From positions 38,504,001 through 38,568,000 of the forward strand of contig NC_045696.1 in the NCBI RefSeq assembly GCF_009834535.1: DNA of 64,000 bases, in the 5' to 3' direction. Made by a program: the position numbers and the translations under genes. Shown here one piece after another: positions 1-12,657 of the stretch; position 1 is the first letter of the stretch; each line of letters starts with the position of its first letter. The notes under the pieces are model-generated. The model searched no databases and was not told the DNA's origin. It saw nothing but the letters and a program-made list of their open reading frames with translations. Source of the DNA: Camelus ferus. Its lineage: Eukaryota.

Positions 1-1370
1 ACTTTCTAGCTGCAGTATTGACGTTTGTTGGGAAATATTTTTATCTTGGGTGATTTGTTTGTTTTTCGGAAATGAAGTTTGCATACTTAATAAACAGAGA
101 AATAAGGAAGAGGTAGAGAAAGGATAAGGGATGTATAAGAAAGTAATTTAAAAGTTTTCAAGACATTGGTACTGATATCCCATTTTTAAAGAAATACAAA
201 CAAAACCTAAAACCACTAACTAAAAGAGATGCAGAATGTCTATTCCACTTACAGAATTCTAGTAATCTCATATTAGACATTAATGAATTAATGATTTATT
301 CATTCACTCATTCAACTTTTCAAGCATTTATAAAACTAAACATGTACTTGAAACATGCATTGTGGGTATAAGAACGGTAAGGCCTGTGTTTGGCTTGTGG
401 CATTTATAAGAAGTTGAGGTGATGATTTGATCAAGTAGTTGTAATATAATATGATTTGAAGCCAAAAAGAGTGCAAGATGCTGTATACCATTAATGTGTG
501 CTATATGAAAAGAATGTTACTTCCTGAAAAAATGTTTTTCTAACATTTAAAAAGTATAATCCTTAATTTGAAATGAAATTATAGACTAAATTCCAGTATT
601 AAAATATTTAAGGTAGTAACTTAAGAATCCAGATATATTTTATAAGTTCAAAATTTTAAGGTTTTTCAAAGGTAATTTTGAGTAGACAAACATTTGAAAT
701 CAGGCATAGACTTGAGAGTTGTTATGCCAGTATCCAATTTGTATTTGTATATTTTGCAGTAGGCAAAAATAAGTGAATAAATAAATTCATATAAATAATA
801 ACTTCAACTGGAAAATTTTTTAACAGCCAGCACACTTTGCAATATTAAAATAATCATTTTTGAGTTGTAGTTGAATCACTTTCAAGATTTTTGCTGTTTC
901 TGTCCCTTATTTATAATAATTCAAAAAGTCCAAAAAAATCTATAAATTTGTAGGTAAGATGAATTATGCTATGATCAGAACATATACTGAGTAGACATGC
1001 ATAATCTTCTGCAGGAACTTAATTATCAGAGTACTCACACATTGTCCCAATCAGTAAAACAAGTATGGACCAATCACCGACTTTCTGACAAGCGCTGTGC
1101 CAGCCTGTCCTTGTGATGCTTACAGACATGAAACAAGTAATTGTGAAGGGGTTACTAACATGGAAAAGGCACAGGTGCTTGGAGAAACTAGTCTAGGAAG
1201 TCAGGAAGGACTTTCTAATAGAAGTGAGACCTAAAAGATGACTAGGAGTTAGCAACCTGAGTAGGTCATGTGGTAGAGATGGAGAGAAGGGATTTTTCAA
1301 GGGAGGAAAAGGCTCAAAGCAGGTGAAAGAGTATAGTAAACACATAGAAGTTAAAGGAGTCCCTCAGCAG

Positions 1371-1830
1371 TTCATTCATTCATTCATTCATTTACCAAAT
1401 ACTCATTGAGGGCCTAATAATGCCTGGCACTGCTCTAGGCCCAGGAGATGCTTCAATGAACAAAACAGATAGAAATCTCCACCCTCATAGAGCATACATT
1501 TAAAGGGGGAAATGGCTTCAAAAATTAAATGTATTAAGTGTCAGATGTTGTTAAGTTATTTGGAGATGGGAAAAAGAATGGAGAGTAATATGGATTACTG
1601 AGATGGGATGTAGTGGGAGTTGCAATATAAAAACAGAACTGGTGAAGGCTTTATTAACACAGTAATATTTGAATAAAGATCTGATGTAAGGGAGGGAGCA
1701 AACCATTCAGACAGCTGGGTGAGAGTGAGTGTTAAAGGCCCACTGGCAGGAGAGTGCTTTGGATGCCCAATATTCTGAAGGAGGCCAGTGTGGCTAGAGC
1801 AGACTTTCCCTTGGGTACTCAAGAGGACTG
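1371..1830 (-). mobile_element. L2 LINE 3' end fragment
   Basis: (TTCA)n followed by ..caaatactcattgagggcctaataatgcctggcactgctctaggc..gaacaaaacaga, the reverse complement of the L2 3' terminus. Confidence 0.8.
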
Positions 1831-2202
1831 AGGGAGAAATGGAATGTAAAAACATTTTAAACAATGTGATTCAATGTTGTTTAATGCCATCTCCCAGAAC
1901 TACACAATAATCTCCTTTAATGTGGGCATCCTCACACTTTGGTAAGCACTGTTATCTTGCATATGTGGATTTCAAAAATACCTTTTAAATTAGCAACCTC
2001 AGCTAACATGTGAGGTTACTATTGTGTTACTAATTTTGAATAACAAATTTTATTCATTAATATTAGCATATGTTGACTTTTCTGTGTATGTGTGACACTG
2101 AACTCTGAGATCCGAAGTGGGTATAATTTAGATTATGTTGTATGTGTACAAATTAAATAGTTCTAGCAGTAATAAAAATAATTGTTTTTTCTGTTTTTAC
2201 AG

Positions 2203-2358
2203 CTTGCAGACCAGGATTCTATAAAGCATTTGCTGGCAACACAAAGTGTTCTAAATGTCCTCCACACAGTCTAACCCACATGGAAGCAACTTCTGTATGT
2301 CAGTGTGAAAAGGGTTACTATCGAGCTGAGAAAGACCCACCTTCCATGGCATGTACCA
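2203..2358 (+). CDS. EPHA6: Internal coding exon (probably exon 4) of ephrin type-A receptor 6; Cys-rich/EGF-like region
   Basis: Polypyrimidine tract plus AG (ttttttctgtttttacag, AG at 2201-2202) and donor A|GTAAGT at 2359. 156 nt, phase 1-1. Translates (A)CRPGFYKAFAGNTKCSKCPPHSLTHMEATSVCQCEKGYYRAEKDPPSMACT(R), with typical Eph Cys spacing and matching EPHA6 as I recall it. Missed by the ORF track. Confidence 0.95.
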
Positions 2359-4273
2359 GTAAGTCTATCCATTTTGCATTTGAAAATCCTATTTCCAACC
2401 TTTTGGTGTCTTTAGCCTGATTTTTTTTTTTTTTTAAGAAGTGGATACAAAATCCTACCATCAATGCGATTTGTCTTTGATAAAAGTCAAGGAAAAAGTT
2501 TCTCTTTCTTTCTTAGCATAATTGCTTTTCAACAGCTTGCAGAGAATGTATTAATTCTTCAAATATCACATTGATCCTTGACGTGCAAATGCCAGCACTG
2601 GTTTGGAGGCCCTACAAAATTTTCCTAACCATAATCTGTCCTTAGAAAGTTAAAGCAGTTTAAAACTACCTGAGAATTTATAAACAAAACTTCTGTTCTT
2701 TGCTTCAAACCTTGATCGTTTGAAGGCACATCAATTTAGGACCATCAAGTCTGCTGTGTCGGGGAGCTTCCACATGAAACTTTAAAAGTCATTGTGCTGT
2801 TGTTATGCGGAAAAGTTCCAGTTTTCAAACTTGATATTTGTCCTTAAAGGAAGGTATTTTTGAGTTTATCCACATTTTGCCTCTCACTTTTTCTCCAGTT
2901 TTGGGATTGGAGCCAATAGAATATTAAATGTAAATGTGAAGGTCATTTTAATTCATGTGCTGAGAATTTAAATTATTTGTATGCTCCTGTTACTAAGGTG
3001 TTGTGAAATATATGTATACTTTAAAAATAAAAGTTAATATATTAATGCAAAGCTAAGCCATGCAAAAGTAAAATGTCACCTCTTAAGGTAGCTGTGAAAG
3101 TCTTGTTAAATACTTAAATAAGGTATAGTGAAAATTTGCCCCTCTTGTTGATGAATTGGGGTCAAAATGTTGCTTATCTTGTGTAATTCTATAGAAGCAG
3201 AAATAGATTGAAAATTATGTAATGTCACATATTTCTTAGAGACAATGAGATGTTCCATTCATTTTAACTAATGCAGTTTATAGATTTGTGTGTATTACTG
3301 CAGACATAAAATATAAAGCATTTTTATGGAACACATTTAATAAAAATGCAACAGATTCATTAGTAGATGTAATTTTTGCTTTCTGATTGTAAATGCTGAA
3401 TGACTACTTTCTTCAGAAAATTGTAGCGCAGGAAATTTTTTTTTCTAGGAGCATATTCTTAGTTTATAAGTAGGAAAAGGAAAATTCTAAATATAATTTT
3501 TCACCTAATTGTGGAAATAGTTTTGAACAGGAATAGTTTTTTATTATCGTTTCATATTCTATCCTTTTTGCATGGTTGCTGTATATTACTATATTATATG
3601 GTGAAAAGCATACTCCAGCTTAGGTAGATGGTGGTGTTTCAAATGGCTACAGGTCTGCCAGGGAAGTTCCCTCAAAACTTACATCAGAAACTAAATAATG
3701 CTTCCTAGGTGAGTGATAGAGGAGAATCTCCTCTTTTTATTTAACTGGAGGGCCATAAATAGACGACACATTGAAGGAATAAACTCATTTCCATCAATAT
3801 AACCCCTTCAGTGAGGTGGCAGAGTAGGTAGTTGGGAAGCCTTAGTTCTTTGTGTGAGAAACTATTAAGAAAATAAATAGAGGATGTGACAAGGTCTATG
3901 AACTCAGTAAACTAGTCAGTCATTGTTGAATCTGATATGTGTACTTAATAGCTTAACATTTTATGTTTCTTAGATTTTCTTTTTTTAAAAAATACTTTGT
4001 TAATGCTTTTGTGTTTACAATAATGCTAGCCTGTTTTGGCTATACCAAATGGAAGCAGAGAAAGTTCTAATTCTGGTCATCATTGGGCAGAGCTTTAGAC
4101 AGGGAATGGCATGTGTTGCCATCAGGGTTTAGAAGAGAGAACCCAAAGAAAAATGAAAACTTTTCTCAAGTCCCCCCTAGTCTGGCCACTGGAAGCTCTG
4201 CTACTTCCTTGAGGACTTCTTTGCCTTGTTTTAGCAAAAACTTAGCACAGTGTGCTAGTAAGTTCAGCATCTT

Positions 4274-4455
4274 TTAGAGTCAGACTATGAGTGTGAATCT
4301 TGGCTTTGGTACTTACTAGCTGGGCAAATTATTTAACCTCTCAACCTCTGCTGCACCATGCATAGTGATAATAACAGCATCTGCCTCATTCTGTTATTTA
4401 TAATGATTAAATAAACTAGGAACACTACTTAGCATGTAGTAGATAATAAGTGATT
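4274..4455 (+). mobile_element. MIR SINE
   Basis: gagtcagac..gaatcttggct..acttactagctgggcaaattatttaacctctc..gataataacagcatctgcctca, the MIR core. Confidence 0.75.
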
Positions 4456-5479
4456 GTTTAATGCAGAAAGTTGTTCTCTTACAATTCATTTTTATATAAT
4501 TTTTGATAAGTTAGTATTTAAACTATTAAATAGACTTTGTTGATAGTATTATGCTGAGCTCACAGCTTCCATCATCTGCATTCCTACAAACTGAAAAAGT
4601 AATGTGCTGAATTTGTACAACCTTTTCACAAAATATGTTAAATCCTTTACTCTGTGCATATCTGATATCAGTAAAGTTTTTTGAATTATACTCTGACTAG
4701 ATAAGAGACCCTAACAGTTATTACAATATATGCAGAAAAAGCAAGGACCATAAACTCCAAAGCATCATGCCCCCTGAAAATTAAAAGATTAGATTGCTGA
4801 GGAAGAAAAACCAGGAAAATAACAAGCAAAGAGGCCATTGAATGATTTGACTTAAGAAGAGCAGGGTAGCTTCACCAAGATGTAAAACTTCTGAAGCCAA
4901 GAATCAAGCAAACTGTCAACATTTCCATTTTTTATTAACTGCAAACAATAGCCAATTTGTAATGCTCTTAATAGACAGAAGCTTCCTTAACTTCTAGATC
5001 ATGTGTCTATGATTTAACCATGGCTATTTTTTTTTTTTTTTTTTTTTGGTCTTAGCATGGAAAACATACTTTCAGAGAGTCTTCCAGGGATTTAAAAGGA
5101 GATTTTTAAAAATTTTTCACTTGTTATCAGGGGCAGAGAGATTTTGAATGTTGGGGTTTAAAAGAAAATGAAGGACTAAAATATTGAAAATGACTAACCT
5201 AAGACATTCAGTTAGTAAATGGCTTAGTAGGGAAGAAGTTCATAGATAAGTATAGTATGTAAGTAATATGATTTTTAAGGACCTCAGGAGACCTTTCCCT
5301 GCTCCTTAGTGCTATCACCAAAACAAGAATGACCCATATGTTTCTGGTACTACACAGCATGTGATTTCACCATTAAGAGTTTTTAATTTCTTTGGATTTT
5401 CACTATCGAGATAGATGTCTTTTTAAATTTCATAATCTTGAGATGTACAATACATATGATATAGTCACAAAAATACTTC

Positions 5480-6485
5480 TCATTTTTTCAAGCAGTTTTA
5501 GAATCAGAACAAAATTAAGAGGAAGTATAGAGATTTCCTATATACCGCCCTGCCCCCTGACATGCATAATAGCCCCCTGCATTATCACCATCCTCCACCG
5601 GAGTGGTACATTTGTTATGTCTGATGAACCTATATTACCATATTATAATCACCCAAAGTCCATAGGTTACATTAGGGTTCACTCTTGGTGTTGAACATTC
5701 TGTGGATTTGGACAAATGTGTAATAACATCTGTCAGCCATTATATGGTCATTAAGAGGATTTTCACTGCCCTAAAATCTGCTGGGCCCATGTTCATCCTT
5801 TCCTCCTACCAACCCATGGCAACCACTTATCCTTGTACTGAATCCATACATGTGCTTTTTCCAGAATGTCATATAGTTGGAATCATACAGTATGTAGCAT
5901 TTTTCATATTGACTTCTTTTACTTAGTAATGTGTATTTCAGATTCTTCCATGTCTTTTCATGGCTGGATAGTTCATTTCATTTTAGTGCTGAGTAATACT
6001 CCACTGTCTGAGTATACCAGAGTTTATTTATCCATGTACCTACTGGAGGGCAGCTTGGTTGCTTCCCAGTTTTGGCAATTATGAATAAGCTGCTTAAAAA
6101 CATGCATGCACAAGTCTTTGGACTTACGGAATTTTGTATTTTGTACTTATTTTTGTACTTACGAAAACTTATGGACATAAGTTTTCAACTCCTTTGAGTA
6201 AATACCTAAGAATGTGATTGCTGAATCATATGGTAAGAATATGTTTAATTTTGTAAGAAACCACCAAACAGTACTATTTTGCATCCCTACCAACAATGAA
6301 TGAGAGTTCCTGTGCTCCACATCCTGGTCAGCATTTAATGTTACCGATGTCATGGATTTGGGCTAATTCCAATAGGTGTATAGTGGTACCTTATTATTAT
6401 TTTAATTTGCATTTCTTTGATGACACTCGATACAGGGCATCTTTTCATATGTTTATTTGCCATCTGTGTCTTCTTTGGTGAGGTA
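5480..6485 (-). mobile_element. Old L1 3' end (L1MC1-like)
   Basis: agcagttttag..ggagtggtacatttgtta..cacccaaagtccatagg ttacattagggttcactcttggtgttg 3'UTR signature. The minus-strand ORF 5978-6178 carries an ORF2 C-terminal remnant (KTCACMFLSSLFIIAK..KQPSCP..WINKLWY..EYYSALK). Confidence 0.85.
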
Positions 6486-6639
6486 TACACATAAAGATTT
6501 GTAGATGTTTCAAATGACTACAGTTAAAAAAAAAGATGTCTCATAATCAAACCAATCCCTCAAATATTGGTCGAGGGTTGGGGTGATCTAATCCTTCAGT
6601 CTTTGGCTGGCCCTGGCTATTATTGTTAATTTCCTCTTT

Positions 6640-8200
6640 TGACATTTGTTTCCAGTGACTCCTTCCTCACTGCCCATAAGTATACTCAAATTTCTGTCAT
6701 TAGAAAAATGCTCCCTGTCCAATATTTTTTCTTCTCCACAACAGACACCTTGGGAAAGCATTCTTCATTGGCTGTGGCTACTGCTTCACACACTTTAATT
6801 TACTTTTTACTCTACTACATTCAAATTTTTGTTCATTACTCCACTGCAATTAGATTTTTCTTCCACCACTTCAGGTAAACTGTGTAAGAAAAATCACCAA
6901 TCATCTTCTTTGCCATTTTGTGTGAGAAACATTTTCATTTTACTATTCATGACAGTTCTGTTGGTCACTTCCTTTTTCTTGAAACCATCTGTTTCTTTAT
7001 ATTCTAAGACTACAATCTCTCCTTTACTCTCTTATTTTTCTGACCATTGTATTTGTTGCCATCGATGGTTTCTCTTCCTTTACTCACTCTTTAAATGTTA
7101 ATTTTTCTCTTGTTCCTTTCTTTGCCTTGCCTTTTGACATGTTTTCAATCTCATGGCTTCAAATATTACCTGTAAATAGATGAGGCCTATGTTTTTATCG
7201 TATCTTCTCTCCCAAGGTCCAAAGTTATCTTGCCAATGAATTATGGGATCTGACAATCTGTATGTCCTATGGAAACCTGCCCACATCTTCAACCTTGTGT
7301 CATACCATACTTTCCCTGGTATTAAACTCATGGACTTCCATGATGCTGAACATGCTCTCATCCTATTGCCAGCGATTCCCTCTACTTGAAATGCTCTCCC
7401 TTTAGGTCCTATGATGGCTGTTTTCTTTTTGCCGTTCAGACTCAGATGTCAGGTCTTAAGATAGCCATTTCCTGGCCATCCATTCAAAAATAGAATCCCT
7501 CTAAATTACCGTCTTTTGTGTCAAATGCTTTATTTTTTATGGATTATATCATTCTTTGAAAATATCTCATTTATTTGTGCACACAGCTCCTTATTTATTG
7601 TCATTCTGCTTACATTAGATTACAAGGGGATCATGAATGTTCTTTCTTTACTGTATCTCCAGCGCTAATGATAGTACTTAGCAAATACATGCACTAAATA
7701 AATATTTGATGAACAAATAAACTAATCATTTAAGCTCAACCTGCAAAAGCCAGTTTTATTGTTCATACCTCAGCCTGCTCATCCAACCCAGCTTGTTTCT
7801 TTACCCTGGTGAATCCTCATCTACCCATGCATCAAAGGCAGAATGCTTAGAATCATAACCCCCGTCCCTCTCCTTGATGTGTCTGTCCGAGTAGTCACAA
7901 GTCCTAGCAATTCTGCTTCTTAGTATTCCTTCTGTCCATTCCTTTCTGTCAATTCCTGGCCCTTCCCTTTCTGTTAAGGTCCTCAACTCTCTCAAGCTAA
8001 TTTAATAATATTTTGGCAAGTCTCCATCCTTTAGTATTCCATCTGTCCACATTTCCCAAACTGTTAGAAAATATAATTTTTGAACAAAAACAAAACCTTG
8101 TTCATACTCCCACTTCTTCTGCCTAAAGTCTTTTTAAACTCCAGCTCCTATTAGCCACAGTTGTAATAGTCAATTCAAGGACAACCAAAGTCCAGCTGTG
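6640..8200 (+). mobile_element. Degenerate L2 fragments
   Basis: Pyrimidine-rich L2 body motifs (cttcctttttcttgaaac, ctcatggcttcaaatattacc, tgaaatgctctcccttt) and a 3' end ..taaataaatatttgatgaac at ~7700; a second piece spans ~7730-8200. Confidence 0.6.
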
Positions 8201-10651
8201 GCCTATCTCTCCCCTTCCAATTTTAACTATACTAAGACCTCTCAAATAGTCCTGGTATATATGCAGTTATACCAGCAACATACTTGTAAGTTTGGGCCTT
8301 CTTGATTGTTTAAAAAATTCATTGTGCTCCTTTTGTATGAACTGCAAAAAATATAAAAGAAATTAGGAATAAGGAATTTGAAATGAAATGCTGGAATGTT
8401 TTCTCTGTTATCTTAATCTACTTCTTAAACTCTTAATTTTATTTCTCAGGTGACTCTTTAATGTATGTTCTGGGCTTTAAAAGATGAGCTGTAGAGGACA
8501 CTCCACAATACCAGGTCTTGGTCAATTAGGGCTGCCTCTGAGAGCAGTTCAGAGCACAGGAGATCCTGCTGCCTGCCAAGAAGTCTGTTATCAAAATAAC
8601 TGCCTAAGGCTTTTCTAGGCCAGAAGGGAAAAATGCTCACTAATATTGGAGAAACAAAGGACTATACGAGTTACTAAGAAAGTACTTGTCAAGCAAGAAA
8701 GGCTGAGAGCATGAAAGGATTGAGAGAAATGAAAAGAGGGTCTAATACATGGATGCACAAAACGTTAGACGGAATATAATTCCACAGTCATAGCACTTTC
8801 ACTTTGATGTTTCTCATGTTTTAAAATCAATAGGAGGATTGTTATTTTAAAACTGCTGAACAGATGCTGGAAGATTAACACATTCAACAAACATTGTGTT
8901 ACCTACTTGGAAAAGTTCAAAACAAAATGTAAATCATATATGTGGGTAATTCTAATGCACATCACTGAGGATAATCAGATACCTTGAGTAAAACCAGTTT
9001 CTTCCAATTTCACTTTTAATACACAGGCAAATAGCATGTCTTTGTATCTTTGTGTTTGATATACAGTGACAGTGATTGGGATGAAAGTGTAAAAGTTGAA
9101 TTTTTTTGCTCTAAGGCTAACATTGTAAAGCATGGCTTCTTTATTTCTGAAATAATTGTCTGCTTGAAAAAGTCGCTATTCTCTCATTCATTTTGAGTAG
9201 AACAAATATTGTGTTGAGATGAAGTAGGAAAGTTGCTCTTCCCTACTTCAGCTGCCCTACTCAGGTCCCCCACTTCTGGGTAAGGACAGGATGCTCACAT
9301 CCAGGTACTCCTGCTCTCTGTCTCTTTTTTTTTTTCCCCTCATCTCTTTGTTTTTGGTTTTTGGTTTTTTTGTCTCCTTTCTAAGCTTGTCTTGCATGGA
9401 AAAAAACATTCTAGTTCCTTGCTTTTCCATTTCACAACTGAAATAGCAAAAGGGCAACTGATTGGTTAAGTGGCTCATTGTAAACACAATGTAACAGCCA
9501 CAATTTTGTGGAGGCCAGAAAGGGAGATGTTGCAAAGATGAATTTTTTTACCTCTAGCAGCCTGTTACATTCTAGACTTGTTTTCATTATGGAAAGTAAC
9601 TCTAAATATTTCTCTGTGTATTGCAGTAATACATTTTAAATTTAAAATGGTCTTTATATTACAGAAGAGATACCTGTATATAATGAATCCTAGTCTCCTC
9701 AATACAGATCACTGATGTAAGATGTCAGTTGAGCTTCATGGAGTTTCCTAAATACAAATACTTTAGTTTTTATATCAGCGAAGTTCCTTTTATCAAATTA
9801 CCTGAAAGAGGTTCCTCCATAGGAAGAGGTATTAAGTGGTTATTCTGCTGATGCTAAAGAATTGAGTTACCACTTGCTGTAGGGTGAATCTATTTTTGTC
9901 ACCTACAGTTGGAACTCAGAACTGTACCATTCGGAACTCAGAGAGAACTGTACCATTTAATATCATCTACTTGTACATAACAGACCAATTACCATGAATC
10001 ATCCATAATTGTAAAGAGAGCATTCATAATTATCCCTACAGTGTTATGCTTTGTGAGAAAGGTTTATTAATTTGCTTTTATCTATTTATTTATTGTTTTT
10101 CTTTTCCCTCCCAAATTATGACAGTGCTTACTCTCTTCATATTTCTCTTTTTGATTTCTAATGAGTGTTTAATTAAAAATAATTAACTCAAATATAGAAA
10201 TGGCTATATGTAGGTGTGGTAAATTTTTTTCATGGTATTAGGGAAACTGGATGATTTTTAACTCAGAAGACCCAAGCCTAGGCCACTCATGATTTCATTC
10301 GTGTTTTAGTGTCCTTTCATTATACATGTATTTTTGCCCTTTAACTCTTAACTCACACACAGCTATAGCATATTTCTGTCATTCTTAGCATTAGTTTTCT
10401 ATGGGTTGATATTGAGAATGTTTTTTCTGCACTGATGAGAATAGTTGATAACTATTTTTGGAATTTTCCAAAGGTAATAGTATGTCTATGCTCTGTAGCA
10501 CAGAAATTTAGAACCACAAATGCTTACTTTTCAAATGCTTACAGTGTGTCCAGAACTGTATTTTGAGCTTTACATTCCTTCTCAATGGGTAGAGAGATGA
10601 TGGGTGCCTACCCATTTTGATATGAGTTTTTATTAGTTAATGCCAGGTTTT

Positions 10652-10817
10652 TAGAAGAAAAATTTATGTGTTTTTAAATTTTATTTATTTTGATGGGGGT
10701 AATTAGGTTTGTTTGTTTGCTTGCTTGCTTGTTTGTTTTGGTGGAGATACTCAGGATTGAACCCAGGACTTTGTGCATGCTCAGCGTGTACTCTACCACT
10801 AAGCTATACCCTCCTCC
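10652..10817 (-). mobile_element. Camelid tRNA-derived SINE (Vic-1-like)
   Basis: Minus strand GGAGGAGGGTATAGCTTAGTGGTAGAGTACACGCTGAGCATGCACAAAGTCCTGGGTTCAATCCTGAGTATCTCC has pol III A and B boxes, followed by (AAAC/AAGC)n, CCTAATTACCCCC and an A-rich tail. Degenerate TSD at 10637-10651 and 10818-10831. Confidence 0.85.
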
Positions 10818-11956
10818 TTAACACCAGTTTTCGTAATATAAACATTCCCTTCTACTTCATAAAAGTGATTTTCAAGTCATGTGGCTGTATCCTGAATCAA
10901 TAACACTGAATTCTTGCAACTGGAACTCTCTATTCTCCAATATTTGTCAAAATTTGTACTATGTAAAAATTAATTTTTGGAGGATTGTACAAAACCAAGC
11001 ATTCTATTCATTCCCTTAATTAAAACGCATGTCACCTTTGTATCAAGCTGGACCAGAATAGACTGGTGTACATGAATACAAATATTTCATTGTAATATGT
11101 ACATTTGGTAAGCATCAGTCACCTTTTCTATAAATAGCATATTAACAGCTGTCTTACAGATTTACTGTGATAATTGAATGGAATGTTAAGTACATTCCTT
11201 AAAACAAAAAAGTGGGCTCAAAAATATTGGCTATATTTCTTTGAATACACGCCTACAATGTATAAAAGTAATCAATCCTGCCTGAGGGCAGTGGGAAAGT
11301 GTCACAAAGAGGGTAACATCTAAATCAGAATGTGAATGATAAGTAGGAATTTTCCACAGCAAAAGGTAATGGAACAGCATGTGCAAAGGCATTGAGGTAC
11401 AGCAAAAGGGAGAAAGTGGCTAATGGACAGGCGTAGTTATAAAGACATATGGAGAGGCTGAGAGATTTAGATTTTATTCTGGAAGTGAATGGTATTTGGT
11501 CTATTAGATTTCTTTTTTAATGTTTGCTTTCTTTAACTATGAGTTTTAGAAGTAAGGGAAAATCTAAAAAGAATCATCTAAGTCCTCATTCACAGTATTA
11601 TGAAAACATTAATAGATAAGTCTTAATTTTAGACATCAATTAATTACTGAAATAGGTGCAGTAATATTGATGAAAATGAGAATATGTAGAATTCAGAAGA
11701 TCTGAAGTGTACATGTTGCTGTATCCTCAGCAATATTTTATCCTAAAGATTTAATTCTTGATTGCTCTTCTGTAAAAAAATTATTTTTCAATGTGTTAAG
11801 GTAACATTATTAACAGGAATCTGTTGTAGGAAGACAAATAAATTGTTCTCTAATTGGTGTGTTTTAAAAATTTGTATTTGACAATACTCTCTAAACAAAC
11901 CACTATAAAATACTTTAAATATTTATTTACCAGACTTTCTCTATTTAAAAGATAAA

Positions 11957-12105
11957 TACAGTGTGATAGAGTAGTATAAAAACCAAACATGAAATGACCT
12001 AGGTATAATCCTACCTCGTGCACTGCATGATTCTGACGTAATTACAGAACTTCCTTGGGCCTCAGTTCTTTATCTGAATAAACTGATTTATTCCCTTCCC
12101 TGTGG
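11957..12105 (+). mobile_element. MIR fragment
   Basis: acagtgtgatagagtag..gacctaggtataatccta..aacttccttgggcctcagttctttatctgaataaa. Confidence 0.55.
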
Positions 12106-12514
12106 TGAAGTTGAAGCCCATTTTATGACTACTCATCATCCATTTCCAAATATACAAACATTTTATGAACAAAACTTACAGATAGAGCACTTAGTGGTTT
12201 AGAAAAGAATACGTAATTTCTTTTATAGATGCTTTTATTAAGTATCTTTTTCAAAGATTATATAGGAAGGATATTAGATTAACAATATAAATGTAGATAG
12301 CAGTTAAAATTGATAGTGATAGTGCATAGAATGAAGTGACTTTTAGAGTTTTAAGTTATGTCTACATGTAGATCTGACAACTGATATTTTTTGTACATTA
12401 TTAAAATCTGGAGTTGTACTTTTTCATTTGTTCATATGTATTTATATTTCTTTAGTAAATTCTACAATTTACTCCTTTGGAAAAACATTTACCTAAACAT
12501 CTCTAGATGGTTCA

Positions 12515-12534
12515 ATATATATATATACATGCTA

Positions 12535-12586
<52 letters not shown>

Positions 12587-12657
12587 TGCTATGTATATAT
12601 AGCAATATAGCATATAGCAATATATATATACACACACACATACATACACACACACAA
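12515..12657. repeat. Compound dinucleotide microsatellite (TA)n/(TG)10(TA)11(CA)5/(CA)n
   Basis: Read directly from the sequence. Confidence 0.95.

Noticed and set aside
2359..2420. Read-through of the Cys-rich exon (SKSIHFAFENPISNLLVSLA*)
   Set aside because: Short and unremarkable, with no canonical AATAAA immediately downstream; there is no support for a terminal exon.
10741..10817. tRNA gene
   Set aside because: This is the tRNA-like head of a SINE, with a SINE tail and TSD.
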